In this document: piece after piece, positions 22,454 through 32,131 of the stretch
Numbering within the stretch: the stretch's first letter is position 1
How the letters are laid out: the number at the start of each line of letters is the position of its first letter
Assembly (NCBI GenBank): GCA_963755915.1
Contig: CAVWLP010000003.1
Location: 64,001-128,000, forward strand
Origin: an uncultured Phycisphaerales bacterium
GTDB taxonomy: Bacteria > Planctomycetota > Phycisphaerae > Tepidisphaerales > Tepidisphaeraceae
Reading direction: 5' to 3'
DNA length: 64,000 bases
The notes under the pieces: generated by a model
Seen by the model: only the letters and a program-made list of their open reading frames with translations
Database searches by the model: none
What the model was told of the DNA's origin: nothing
Program-made: the position numbers and the translations under genes

Positions 22454-23412
22454 GAACAAATCACAGCGTCCGAGCCCGGAGGAGTGGCGTCAGATTATTG
22501 ACCAGCATCGGACCAGCGGGATGACCGTGGCACGGTACTGTCGTGACCGGGGAGTCACCGAGTGCTCCTTCTACAACTGGAAAAAGAGATTGCGTGGTGC
22601 GTCGCCAACGCGACCGAAGCAATTGTCCGCACGAGCGTTCGTTCAAGTCACTCCGTCGAATCCGGCAAAGACAGATGCTATAGAGATTCTCTTGCGCGGC
22701 AGCGGTCGTTTACGGGTCGGTCCGGGATTTGACCACCAATTGCTATTGGATCTGATTCAGACGCTGGAGGCTCTGGCGTGATTGGCGTGGTGGTCGGCAA
22801 CCAGATCACGCGAGCCGGCTGCTGGGCGCACGCGCGGCGGAAGTTCGTTGATGCCGAGAAGACGCAGCCGGCCATCGCGGCGGAGGCGGTGGCGATGATC
22901 AGGCGGCTGTGCGCCGTCGAGGACCGAACCAAGGCGTTGGACATTGGGGGACGCCTGGCACTGCGCCAGCAGGAATCGGCGTCGATCTTGGCGGCGTTGA
23001 AAGACAAGCTGCACGCCTGGCGGGATCAATTGTTGCCCAAGCATCCGATGGCCCAGGCCGTGGCGTATACCCTGAACCAGTGGACGGAACTGAACGTGTT
23101 CGCCGGTGACGGGGCCGTGCCGATCGATAACAACGTGAGTGAATGCGAGATGAAGCGGATTGTGTTGAACCGGAAGAACAGTTTGTTCGTGGGCAACGAG
23201 CGAGGCGGCCAGACTGCGGCAATCCTTTCCAGCCTGACCAGCACTTGCCGCCGGCACGGCATCGATCCACAGCGATATCTCACACAACTGCTGACGAACC
23301 TGCCGGCCACGCCAATCAGTCAACTCGAGCAATGGCTGCAGGACCAATGGAAGCGGAGAAACCCGGTGCCGTCAGGGTAGGAAGCGGGATACGCGGCGGA
23401 CAGACAAGTTAC
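22454..23412 (+). mobile_element. Internally deleted IS66 (tnpA joined to tnpC 3' end)
   Basis: TnpA motifs (W..II..H..SG.TV..YCR..GV..SFYNWKKRL) followed directly by the TnpC C-terminus (CWAHARRKF, IDNN, RKNSLFVG); TTAC at 23409-23412. Confidence 0.82.
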
Positions 23413-23471
23413 GCTGCTGCACATAACCGTCGATAACTCTTGAGACGACCCCCCAACAACGGAGGCGGATA

Positions 23472-24278
23472 GTGAACACTGAACTCAATGCCTGGGGAGT
23501 TCTGCGAAAGCTGACCTGGCATCATGTGCTGATGGTGGCGGCCACGATCGTCATTGCTCGCGTGCTGATCTACCTGCTGCGACTGCTCTTGCATCGCGCT
23601 GCCGAATCGACTGCACCGCGCTTTCGTCTAACCGTTCTCCGTGTCGTGCCGATCGTACACCTGCTGATTGGAATCGCGACGATCGCCGTGATTGTGCCAA
23701 TCGTTGTCGAGCCCACTTTTGCCAACGTCGTCACCCTCATCGCCAGCGTCGGCCTGGCTTTGGCGTTCGCGCTCAAAGACTATGCCAGCAGCCTGGCCGC
23801 CGGACTCATCACCATCCTGGAACACACCTATCAATCCGGCGACTGGATCGAAGTGGACGGCGCCTACGGCGAAGTAAAATCCATCGGCGTGCGCGCCGTT
23901 CATCTTCTGACGGTGGACGACACCGAAGTGATCGTCCCACACTCGCGGCTCTGGTCGGCCAGCATCCACAACGCCAGCAGCGGCAGCCGAAGCCTCCTTT
24001 GTGTGACGGACTTCTATCTTCACCCCGATCACGACGCGACGCTCGTCCGTCAGCAACTGGAAGAGATCGCTGAATCAAGCTCCTACCGCAAGCCGGGAAC
24101 GGCCGTCACCGTGATCGTGTTGGAGAAACCGTGGGGAACGCACTATCGCGTAAAGGCGTACGTTAAAGAGAGCCGCGAGCAATTCCTCCTCATCTCGGAT
24201 GTGACGATCCGCGGCAAGCAAGCGCTTCGCCACTCCGGCATTCAATTTGCCCAGGCCACTTACGCGGAAACGGCATAA
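23472..24278 (+). CDS. MscS-family mechanosensitive channel
   Basis: RBS GGAGG; GLALAFALKD, GDWIEVDG.YGEV..IG.R. Confidence 0.9.
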   Translation: MNTELNAWGVLRKLTWHHVLMVAATIVIARVLIYLLRLLLHRAAESTAPRFRLTVLRVVPIVHLLIGIATIAVIVPIVVEPTFANVVTLIASVGLALAFALKDYASSLAAGLITILEHTYQSGDWIEVDGAYGEVKSIGVRAVHLLTVDDTEVIVPHSRLWSASIHNASSGSRSLLCVTDFYLHPDHDATLVRQQLEEIAESSSYRKPGTAVTVIVLEKPWGTHYRVKAYVKESREQFLLISDVTIRGKQALRHSGIQFAQATYAETA

Positions 24279-24359
24279 CGGCTCCGCCGTCCACACACTT
24301 TAACGTGGGATGCGGTTGACGCACCGCTCACGATAATTGGTGCTTCTGATCGTGGCGAG

Positions 24360-24510
24360 CTTCCCCTAAACTTCCCCTTTTTTGAGCCGAAAGTGCTTGT
24401 CTTGCCGCTCGTGCAGAGTACAATTCAACTGGTGTTAAGGCTCTGCCTACACGGGAATTAGACGTAAATTCTGGGTGCAGTAAGATTTGCTGTTTTTCGG
24501 GCAAATCCAA
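24360..24510 (+). repeat. Island end (arm region), second copy
   Basis: 151 bp colinear with 12323-12473, starting with tandem CTTCCCC units and abutting the tRNA core. Confidence 0.88.
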
Positions 24511-24552
24511 CTCATAACCCGGAGGTCGTAGGTTCGAATCCTACCCCCGCTA
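24511..24552 (+). other. 3' half of initiator tRNA-Met (attR-like fragment, not a functional gene)
   Basis: CTCATAA anticodon loop, CCCGG, AGGTC, T arm GTAGG-TTCGAAT-CCTAC, acceptor strand CCCCGCT-A; 5' half absent. Confidence 0.9.
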
Positions 24553-24556
24553 TACG

Positions 24557-24589
24557 AACGGCCTTGGCGATATCGCCAAGGCCGTTTTT
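24557..24589 (+). terminator. Terminator-like palindrome after the tRNA fragment
   Basis: Perfect 30-bp palindrome AACGGCCTTGGCGAT/ATCGCCAAGGCCGTT (24557-24586) plus T run. Confidence 0.8.
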
Positions 24590-24699
24590 CGTGATTGACC
24601 TGGTTATGAACATCCGACTCAGCGGCTGTATCCAACAGATCTCGGCTGATGAGTTGCCGAGTGAGCGTTTACGCTACCATTGCCTGCACCGTCCTTTCC

Positions 24700-24881
24700 C
24701 GTTCGGCAGTTCGACTGGTTCGAGCAGCGCCATGAATTATCTGCTTGAGGAACTCAAAGAGCATCATCCCGATCTGGCCAAACTCGTCATTGGCTCGGCG
24801 GTGGTGAACGCGCAACATATGAGCGAAGATCAGTTGCTCGCCCAGGCCAGAGCGTTTTATGCTGAGCATTCTCGAAACTGA
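24700..24881 (+). pseudogene. 3' fragment of a small hypothetical gene upstream of xfp
   Basis: Protein-like stretch FGSSTGSSSAM..LL.EL...HPDLA...EDQLLAQARAFY without a credible 5' part; family recognised from memory only. Confidence 0.45.
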
Positions 24882-24908
24882 AGTGGCTTCTCAAATCAGG
24901 AGCATTCG

Positions 24909-27269
24909 ATGACGGAAAAGACTTCGCCGGACGTTCTCCGCAAGATCGACGCCTACTGGCGAGCGGCGAACTACCTTTCCGTGGGGCAGATTTATCTGCG
25001 CGATAACCCTCTGTTGCGCGACCCGCTGAATCTGACGCACGTGAAGCAGATGTTGCTCGGTCATTGGGGCACTACGCCGGGGCAGAATTTCATTTATGCC
25101 CATCTGAATCGGATCATCAAGCAGTACGACCTCGACATGATTTACGTCTCGGGCCCGGGTCATGGCGGCCCAGCGCTAGTCGCGAATACGTATCTTGAAG
25201 GCTCTTACACAGAGATCTATCAAAGCATCACGCAGGATGAAGCCGGCCTGAAGAAACTGTTTAAGCAGTTCTCGTTTCCCGGTGGAATTCCCAGCCATGT
25301 TTCGCCGGAATGTCCGGGTTCCATCCATGAAGGCGGTGAGCTCGGATATTCGATCAGCCATTCGTTCGGCGCGGTGTTCGATAATCCGAATCTGGTCGTT
25401 GCCTGCGTCGTCGGCGATGGCGAAGCCGAGACCGGCCCACTCGCGACGGCATGGCATTCGAACAAGTTCCTCAACCCGATCACCGACGGCGTGATTCTGC
25501 CGATTCTGCATCTCAACGGATACAAGATCGCAAATCCCACGATTCTCGCCCGCATATCGCGCGAAGAATTGACGAAGCTGTTGGAAGGCTATGGCTGGGC
25601 CCCGTACTTCGTCGAAGGCCATGAGCCGGAACTGATGCACCGCGCGATGGCGGATACGCTCGATACCGTTGTCAAACGAATCAAACAGATTCAACAAAAC
25701 GCCACAGAAAACGGCGTCGCGATACGCCCCACCTGGCCGATGATCGTGCTGAAAAGCCCGAAGGGGTGGACCGGGCCGAAGGAGGTCGATGGCGTGCCGA
25801 ATGAAGGAACATTCAGAGCACATCAAGTACCCCTGTCCGACCCGGCCAAGAATCCAGCCCATCTGACTCAGCTCGAAAGCTGGCTGAGAAGCTACAAGCC
25901 CGAAGAACTATTCGATGAACACGGCAGGCTAAATCCAGAACTCGCCGAACTCGCCCCTGTTGGCTCGCGCCGGATGGGCTCGAACCCGCACGCGAACGGC
26001 GGCGTGCTTCTGCGCGATCTGCGCATGCCGGATTTTCGCGACTACGCCGTCGACGTTAGGTCACCGGGCATTACGACCGCCGCCGACACGCTCGTCCTCG
26101 GCAGTTTTCTGCGCGATGTCGTAAAGATGAATGAAGATCAACGGAACTTCCGCCTGTTCGGTCCCGACGAGACGCTTTCCAATCGGCTCGACGTCGTCTT
26201 CGAAGCGACGAACCGGCAGTGGGAAGCCGAGACCCAAAAGAACGATCAATTCCTCGCCCCCACTGGCCGAGTAATGGAAATGCTCAGTGAGCACCAATGC
26301 GAAGGATGGCTGGAAGGCTATCTGCTCACCGGCAGACACGGCTTATTCAACTGCTACGAAGCGTTCATCCACATCATCGATTCGATGTTTAACCAGCACG
26401 CCAAGTGGCTGAAAGTCACTTCCGGCTTGCCCTGGCGACGTCGGATCGCGTCGCTGAATTATCTCCTCGCCTCGCACGTATGGCGGCAGGATCATAATGG
26501 CTTCACGCACCAAGATCCGGGATTTCTCGATCATGTCATCAACAAGAAGGCCGAGGTTGTGCGCGTATATCTGCCGCCCGACGCCAACTGCCTCCTGTCG
26601 GTGATGGACCACTGCCTCCGCAGCCGGCACTACGTGAACGTCGTCGTGGCGGGCAAACATCCGGCCCCGCAATGGCTGTCAATGGACGCGGCGTTTCGCC
26701 ATTGCAGCGAGGGCGTCGGCATCTGGGAATGGGCCAGCAGCGATCGCGGCGCGACGCCTGATGTCGTGATGGCCTGCGCCGGCGACGTGCCAACCCTCGA
26801 AACGCTGGCGGCGGTCTCAATCCTCCGCAAAGCTTTGCCCGAGCTTAAAATCCGCGTCGTAAACGTGGTCGACTTGATGAAACTTCAGCCAAGCACCGAG
26901 CACCCGCACGGCCTGAGCGACCAGGACTTCGACTCACTCTTCACCAAAGACAGGCCTGTCATCTTTGCCTTTCACGGCTACCCGTGGCTGGTCCATCGGC
27001 TGACCTATCGCCGAACCAACCATCACAACCTGCACGTACGCGGCTATAAGGAAGAGGGAACGATCACCACGCCGTTTGACATGACAGTGCTGAATGACCT
27101 CGACCGATTCCACCTTGTACGCGACGTGATCGATCGCTTGCCACAGTTGGCCGGTAAGGGCGACTATTTGAAACAGGAAGTCGCAGAGAAACTCATTGAG
27201 CACAAGCATTACATCCGCCAGTTCGGCCAGGATCTGCCTGAGATTCGAAATTGGAAGTGGAGCTTGTGA
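24909..27269 (+). CDS. xfp: Phosphoketolase, copy 2 (intact)
   Basis: [51 protein letters not shown]. Confidence 0.96.
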   Translation: MTEKTSPDVLRKIDAYWRAANYLSVGQIYLRDNPLLRDPLNLTHVKQMLLGHWGTTPGQNFIYAHLNRIIKQYDLDMIYVSGPGHGGPALVANTYLEGSYTEIYQSITQDEAGLKKLFKQFSFPGGIPSHVSPECPGSIHEGGELGYSISHSFGAVFDNPNLVVACVVGDGEAETGPLATAWHSNKFLNPITDGVILPILHLNGYKIANPTILARISREELTKLLEGYGWAPYFVEGHEPELMHRAMADTLDTVVKRIKQIQQNATENGVAIRPTWPMIVLKSPKGWTGPKEVDGVPNEGTFRAHQVPLSDPAKNPAHLTQLESWLRSYKPEELFDEHGRLNPELAELAPVGSRRMGSNPHANGGVLLRDLRMPDFRDYAVDVRSPGITTAADTLVLGSFLRDVVKMNEDQRNFRLFGPDETLSNRLDVVFEATNRQWEAETQKNDQFLAPTGRVMEMLSEHQCEGWLEGYLLTGRHGLFNCYEAFIHIIDSMFNQHAKWLKVTSGLPWRRRIASLNYLLASHVWRQDHNGFTHQDPGFLDHVINKKAEVVRVYLPPDANCLLSVMDHCLRSRHYVNVVVAGKHPAPQWLSMDAAFRHCSEGVGIWEWASSDRGATPDVVMACAGDVPTLETLAAVSILRKALPELKIRVVNVVDLMKLQPSTEHPHGLSDQDFDSLFTKDRPVIFAFHGYPWLVHRLTYRRTNHHNLHVRGYKEEGTITTPFDMTVLNDLDRFHLVRDVIDRLPQLAGKGDYLKQEVAEKLIEHKHYIRQFGQDLPEIRNWKWSL

Positions 27270-27276
27270 GGCAAGA

Positions 27277-28503
27277 ATGTCCAACCGTGCTGACAACATT
27301 GCAGGGCATGCTGGCCAGCCGTTGGTTCTTACCGTGAACGGCGGCTCGTCCAGCATTAAATTCGCCGTATTCGAACTGACCCCAGCGCTGGAGCGACGGC
27401 TTTGCGGAGAAATTCAGCGGATAGGCGGACCGGGCACACAACTGATCGCCAAATGGAAAGACGAGGAACGCGAAGAAGTTCGCGCCGTCGACGCCTCCAA
27501 CTTCGACCGCGCCACGAAAACGCTGATCGAATATCTCCATGAACGCGTAGGCCCAACGTCCATCAAAGGGATTGGCCATCGAATAGTTCACGGCGGCGCC
27601 AACTTATTCGAGCCTCAACTCGTCGCACCTGAACTGATCGAGGAATTACGGAAAATCCAAACGTTGGACCTAGCCCATCTGCCAACCGAAATTTTGCTCA
27701 TCGAAGTGTTCGGCAAAGCCTTCCCCTCGCTGCCGCAGGTAGTGTGTTTCGACACGGCCTTCCATCGGGAGATGCCAACGGTCGCCCGCCTGCTTCCGAT
27801 TCCCCGCCGCTATCTCGACGCGGGCGTTCGGCGATTCGGCTTCCATGGCCTCTCGTACACCTACCTCATGACCCGCCTCGCCGAAGTCGCCGGCGAAGAC
27901 GCCGCCAACGGCCGAGTCATCCTCGCCCACCTCGGTTCCGGCGCGAGCATGGCCGCCGTCCACAATCGAAAGCCGATCGACACGACCATGGCCTTCACTC
28001 CCACCGCCGGGTTGATGATGGGTACTCGGCCCGGCGATTTAGATCCCGGGCTCCTCGTTTACTTGATGAGGCTGGACAAATTAACGGCCGATCAGATGGA
28101 CGACCTGATCTCTCACCAGTGCGGCCTGCAAGGCGTGTCCGACACAAGTTCCGATATTCGTGATTTGCTTAGAGCCCGCGCTACAGACCCCCGCGCGGCC
28201 GAGGCCGTCGATCTCTTCTACTACCAAGCGAAAAAATTCATCGGATCGTTGGCCGCAACCTTGGGCGGTCTCGATACGCTGATTTTCGCCGGCGGAATCG
28301 GCGAACATTCGCCGGAGGTGCGCCAATCAATCTGCGCCGGTCTGTCGTTTCTCGGCATAGCACTCGATACAAGCAAGAATGTCGAAAATCGCGACATGAT
28401 CTCCGCGACGACTGGCAGAGTCACGGTGCGTGTGATTGCGACCGACGAAGAAGCCGTCATCGCTCAAGCAGTTTGCGATGTAATTCCTTTGTGCCCCGCA
28501 TAG
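27277..28503 (+). CDS. ackA: Acetate/propionate kinase, copy 2
   Basis: VNGGSSSIKF, GHRIVHGG, FDTAFH, GFHGLSY, FAGGIGE. Confidence 0.94.
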   Translation: MSNRADNIAGHAGQPLVLTVNGGSSSIKFAVFELTPALERRLCGEIQRIGGPGTQLIAKWKDEEREEVRAVDASNFDRATKTLIEYLHERVGPTSIKGIGHRIVHGGANLFEPQLVAPELIEELRKIQTLDLAHLPTEILLIEVFGKAFPSLPQVVCFDTAFHREMPTVARLLPIPRRYLDAGVRRFGFHGLSYTYLMTRLAEVAGEDAANGRVILAHLGSGASMAAVHNRKPIDTTMAFTPTAGLMMGTRPGDLDPGLLVYLMRLDKLTADQMDDLISHQCGLQGVSDTSSDIRDLLRARATDPRAAEAVDLFYYQAKKFIGSLAATLGGLDTLIFAGGIGEHSPEVRQSICAGLSFLGIALDTSKNVENRDMISATTGRVTVRVIATDEEAVIAQAVCDVIPLCPA

Positions 28504-28708
28504 GCAACACCCATATATTGGAGTTGTCCTTGGCCGAACCACTGAATGTCACTGTGGACTGCGGTTCAGACCAATGGGCTCAGAGTGGAATTCAGATGGC
28601 CTGCTCGTCAGTGGTGGTGTAAGCCACATTCGCAGCTAATCTCTCAAGCCGCCCGCCGAAAACAAACCCAAAACACCACTTTGACAAGGCGACGGGTAAT
28701 ATAGCGAG

Positions 28709-28758
28709 CCCCTGCTATACGAACGGCCTTGGCGCTGGCACCAAGACTGTTTTTGTTT
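28709..28758 (+). repeat. Eroded copy of the tRNA 3' end plus terminator (outermost island border)
   Basis: CCCCTGCTATACGAACGGCCTTGGCG matches 24544-24569 at 25/26 nt, followed by a decayed right arm and T run. Confidence 0.8.
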
Positions 28759-28917
28759 GCATACCTTGGGAGGAAATCTTCAATTCTTTGCTTCCCACAG
28801 CACGGGGCAGGGGTGAGTTCGGTAAATCCCTCGGTCTGTCTGGGCCGACAAACATTTTGTCGCGGCTGGTGTCGCACTTTTCGGGGTTCATTCAGCCAAA
28901 TCTACAGCAGATGAAAC

Positions 28918-28932
28918 TGGCATAGGGCTTGC
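28918..28932 (+). promoter_or_regulatory. Putative sigma-54 (-24/-12) promoter
   Basis: TGGCATAGGGCTTGC fits TGGCA-N6-TTGC with GG-N10-GC spacing, ~95 bp upstream of the ATG at 29027. Confidence 0.55.
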
Positions 28933-29026
28933 CTTGCGTTCGTTGACTTCGCGGCGGCATGTCAACTGGCCGCGACGGTCTCGGACACAATTCATTTTTG
29001 GCTCTTTTAACCCCAAGGGAGGTTTT

Positions 29027-29539
29027 ATGATCCGACGTCTGGTTGCATTTTCGGCGCTGCTTTTTTTGCCTGCGCTGGCGTACGCCCAAAACATCGCGAG
29101 TGATGCCGGGCCTTTTGAAGTCACGGTTCAGGGCATTGGGCAAAATGACCGGGAGTTTGAGAATGGCGGGTTTTCGCTGGCGGGAGGCGTAGGGTTTTTC
29201 GTCATCCCTTGGCTGGAACTGGGGGTTCGGGATGGGGTTGATTATACGAGCGTCAAAAATGGCCCGAGCGGCTGGGACAACACCGTGAAGGGTGCGCTGG
29301 ATTTCAATATTCCGCTGGATCATCTTGAGCCGTACATCGGGGCGAATGTGGGGTATTACTCGAGCGATGTGAATCGGAGCACGCCGGAGGCGGCGCCGGA
29401 AGCGGGGCTCAAGATTCTGTTTACGAAGAATGTGTTTCTGTATGGGTCGGTGGAATACGACTTCCTCTGGCGCCGAGGCGGGGTGGACCTGGATACCGGC
29501 AACTTTGCGTATGGGCTGGGGATCGGGCTGCGGTTCTAA
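29027..29539 (+). CDS. Small outer-membrane beta-barrel protein
   Basis: RBS GGAGG, signal peptide ending AYA, PYIGA.VG, C-terminal YGLGIGLRF. Confidence 0.85.
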   Translation: MIRRLVAFSALLFLPALAYAQNIASDAGPFEVTVQGIGQNDREFENGGFSLAGGVGFFVIPWLELGVRDGVDYTSVKNGPSGWDNTVKGALDFNIPLDHLEPYIGANVGYYSSDVNRSTPEAAPEAGLKILFTKNVFLYGSVEYDFLWRRGGVDLDTGNFAYGLGIGLRF

Positions 29540-29563
29540 GTTCGTTTTTCTGTCGCTGTTGAT

Positions 29564-29609
29564 TGCCCCCGCTGCGGGTTTGTTTTTCGCAGCGGGGGCA
29601 TGATTTTTT
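29564..29609 (+). terminator. Intrinsic terminator
   Basis: TGCCCCCGCTGCG / CGCAGCGGGGGCA 13-bp stem then a T run. Confidence 0.75.
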
Positions 29610-29698
29610 GTGAGGACGGACGAGGTGAGGTGCGATGTTCCTAACATTATACTGTTTCCGGTGTCTGATCAGGCAGATAGCCTTAAAAGGCAAAGAGC

Positions 29699-31024
29699 AT
29701 GGCAAGACGGATATCCCTGATTATCTGCGTCGTGTGCGCGCTGGGCGGCGGCGTCTTTGCGGCGGGGCCGCAAGAATCGGACGATACGAGCCGGTTTTTC
29801 GGAAGCTGGTCGGTAACATTTCTCTATCTCAACATTCCGGTGACGGTTGTGTCGGTGCATGATGTGAAGGGGTACCAGAATTATATCCTGACGCCGGAGG
29901 GGGCGGCGCCGGCGGGGGCCGGGCATTTTGCGGCGGCTAATGGAAGGTGGAGCAGTGATGACACGGCAGCACCGAATAATGGGGGGACGTATTCGTTCGT
30001 CGATAACAATACGCTCTATTCAACGAATGCCCTGGGGCAGGGCGGAACCTGGCAGCGGTACAATTTGCCGCTGCCGCAGATCGTTGCCAGCGGGGGAAAC
30101 GGGGTGTCGCTGGGGAACGATCTCACGCGGGTGAAGTCGAGGGACGCGATGGCGGCGTCGCGGGCCGTTGCGGCAACGTGGCAGTCGGATGCCGTGCTGC
30201 TGTGGATGCAGGTGGTTTCGCCGAATCCAGATGGGACGGTGAATATCCTGGCGCATCCGCAGGCGTTTAATTGTTTGTACTACTCGCCCTCGGCGAACGG
30301 AGAGATTTCCGTCGTGAGCACAGCGCCGACGGGGGTGATGGTGATTGCGGCGCCGGTGAATGTGCGGCCGGCGCCGACGATCGCGATTAAGCCGCAGGCG
30401 ATCGATCTTTCACAGGCGTTCGCGAACTGGAAACTGTTTGGGTTTAACGGGAACGCGTCGCAGGCGACGTTGAGTTTTCAGGCGGCGCGGAATAAGCCGA
30501 TGCGGCTGGTGTGGGAAATCCAGGCGGGGGCGGCGTATCCGCTGGTGGCGTCGGGGGCGACGGGTGCGTTGCTGAGCCCATTTGAAATCGTGGACGATAA
30601 GGTAGCGGATTACAACGCACTGGCGGCCTCGCGCACGAGGCGCGGGGGGATGAACAGTTCATCCGGATTCCGGACGCAGACGGGGATTAACTTCTGGCCG
30701 GTTGAGGGCTCGACCAATTCGGAAAATCCGAACAATCCTTCTGGCGGGACCGACGAAAGCGCGGAGGCGGAGAGGAATTCCGCTCTGCAAAACGCGTATG
30801 ACGCCGGCGACATGGCGGCGTATAACCGCATCCAGAACAACGAAATGACCGACGCCGACCGGGAAAACTATTTCAACGGCACGGGGCCGGGTGAAGTCGT
30901 GAACGATAACGGCGGAGACAATGCGAATAACGACAACGGCGGCGGCGGGAACGAGGATGTGGCTCCCGCTCCGGAACCGGAACCTGAGCCGGCTCCCGAA
31001 CCTGTGGGCGATGAAGGGGGATGA
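29699..31024 (+). CDS. Secreted hypothetical protein with acidic/Asn/Pro-Glu low-complexity tail
   Basis: 441-aa ORF with signal peptide and G/C-biased third positions; no family confidently recognised. Confidence 0.75.
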   Translation: MARRISLIICVVCALGGGVFAAGPQESDDTSRFFGSWSVTFLYLNIPVTVVSVHDVKGYQNYILTPEGAAPAGAGHFAAANGRWSSDDTAAPNNGGTYSFVDNNTLYSTNALGQGGTWQRYNLPLPQIVASGGNGVSLGNDLTRVKSRDAMAASRAVAATWQSDAVLLWMQVVSPNPDGTVNILAHPQAFNCLYYSPSANGEISVVSTAPTGVMVIAAPVNVRPAPTIAIKPQAIDLSQAFANWKLFGFNGNASQATLSFQAARNKPMRLVWEIQAGAAYPLVASGATGALLSPFEIVDDKVADYNALAASRTRRGGMNSSSGFRTQTGINFWPVEGSTNSENPNNPSGGTDESAEAERNSALQNAYDAGDMAAYNRIQNNEMTDADRENYFNGTGPGEVVNDNGGDNANNDNGGGGNEDVAPAPEPEPEPAPEPVGDEGG

Positions 31025-32106
31025 ATATGAATCGCGGGTCGATGATGTTGCACGATCAGCCTTACGCTGCGGCCGATAGTCTCTTGCGATGGTCGGTGCG
31101 CGTTGGGCTCGGGCGTGCGCTGGTTGCGGCGGTGGTTGGATTTGGGGTGTTTGCATCTCGCGCCGCCGCGGATCCTACGCCTGCGGGCGGCAACCCGCAG
31201 GCACTGGCGGCGGTTGAGCACGGAGACGCGGCGTTCGCAAAGCGGGATTACAAGACAGCCATTGGCGAATACAACGCCGCCGCGGGGATCGATCCGCATC
31301 TGGAAGCGGCCTACGTGCACGCGGGGGATGCATATCTGGCGACGAATGATTACGCCTCTGCGCTGGCTCAATATCAGAAAGCCGTTGACCTGGGCAATGG
31401 GGACATCACGGCGTATATGCGGCACGCGCGATGTGCGTATCAGCTCAACGACATCGATACGGCCATGGCCGATTGCAACAAGGCGCTGGACATTGACATG
31501 CGCTGCGAAGACGCGTGGATGTTCCGAGGGAATTGTTATTCGGCCAAGGGAGATTACACGACGGCGGCCGCGGACTATTCGGAGGCGGTGGCGGTCGATC
31601 CGCAAAGCGGGGATACATGGTATGCGGCGGGTTTCGCGTTCGCGGAGGCGCAGGAATGGCAGGCCTCCATCGTGGCTCTCTCGCAGGCGATCAGGCTCCG
31701 GCCCAAGTTTGCCTGGGCGTATGGCGAGCGCGGATTCGCCTATTTCAAACTGGGACAATATGCGGCGACGATTGCGGATGAGAAGACGGCAATTTCACTC
31801 GATCCGAAGACGTGCTATTGGCATCTGGATTACGGGGATGCGATGGTGAACACGAAGAATTACGACGCCGGTCTGGCGGAACTGAATATCGCTGTGCAGC
31901 TTTTGCCCAACGACGCGGTTGCGTGGAATGATCGGGGCTATTGCGAATTCGAAATGGGGAATGCCCAAGCGGCGATCGCCGACTATCAGAAGGCGGTCTC
32001 GATCGACCCAAACTTTGCTTTAGCGCAAAGCAATCTCAAGGCGGCGGAGGAGAAGGTCGGTGCTCCTGGCGGCTGGAATAACCGCCCGATACAAATCAGG
32101 CAGTAA
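31021..32106 (+). CDS. Tetratricopeptide repeat protein
   Basis: Repeated ~34-aa A...Y..A...DP / AW..RG pattern; ATGA overlap with the upstream gene. Confidence 0.9.
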   Translation: MNMNRGSMMLHDQPYAAADSLLRWSVRVGLGRALVAAVVGFGVFASRAAADPTPAGGNPQALAAVEHGDAAFAKRDYKTAIGEYNAAAGIDPHLEAAYVHAGDAYLATNDYASALAQYQKAVDLGNGDITAYMRHARCAYQLNDIDTAMADCNKALDIDMRCEDAWMFRGNCYSAKGDYTTAAADYSEAVAVDPQSGDTWYAAGFAFAEAQEWQASIVALSQAIRLRPKFAWAYGERGFAYFKLGQYAATIADEKTAISLDPKTCYWHLDYGDAMVNTKNYDAGLAELNIAVQLLPNDAVAWNDRGYCEFEMGNAQAAIADYQKAVSIDPNFALAQSNLKAAEEKVGAPGGWNNRPIQIRQ

Positions 32107-32131
32107 ATAAACGCTCCCCTGCGGATCGCCC

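Noticed and set aside
24480-24552. Intact tRNA-Met gene
   Set aside because: The 5' acceptor strand, D arm and 5' anticodon stem are absent; upstream DNA is the island arm repeat.
28681-28710. Sigma-70 promoter at TTGACA
   Set aside because: The only -10-like hexamer (TAATAT) is 10 bp away; the spacing is incompatible.
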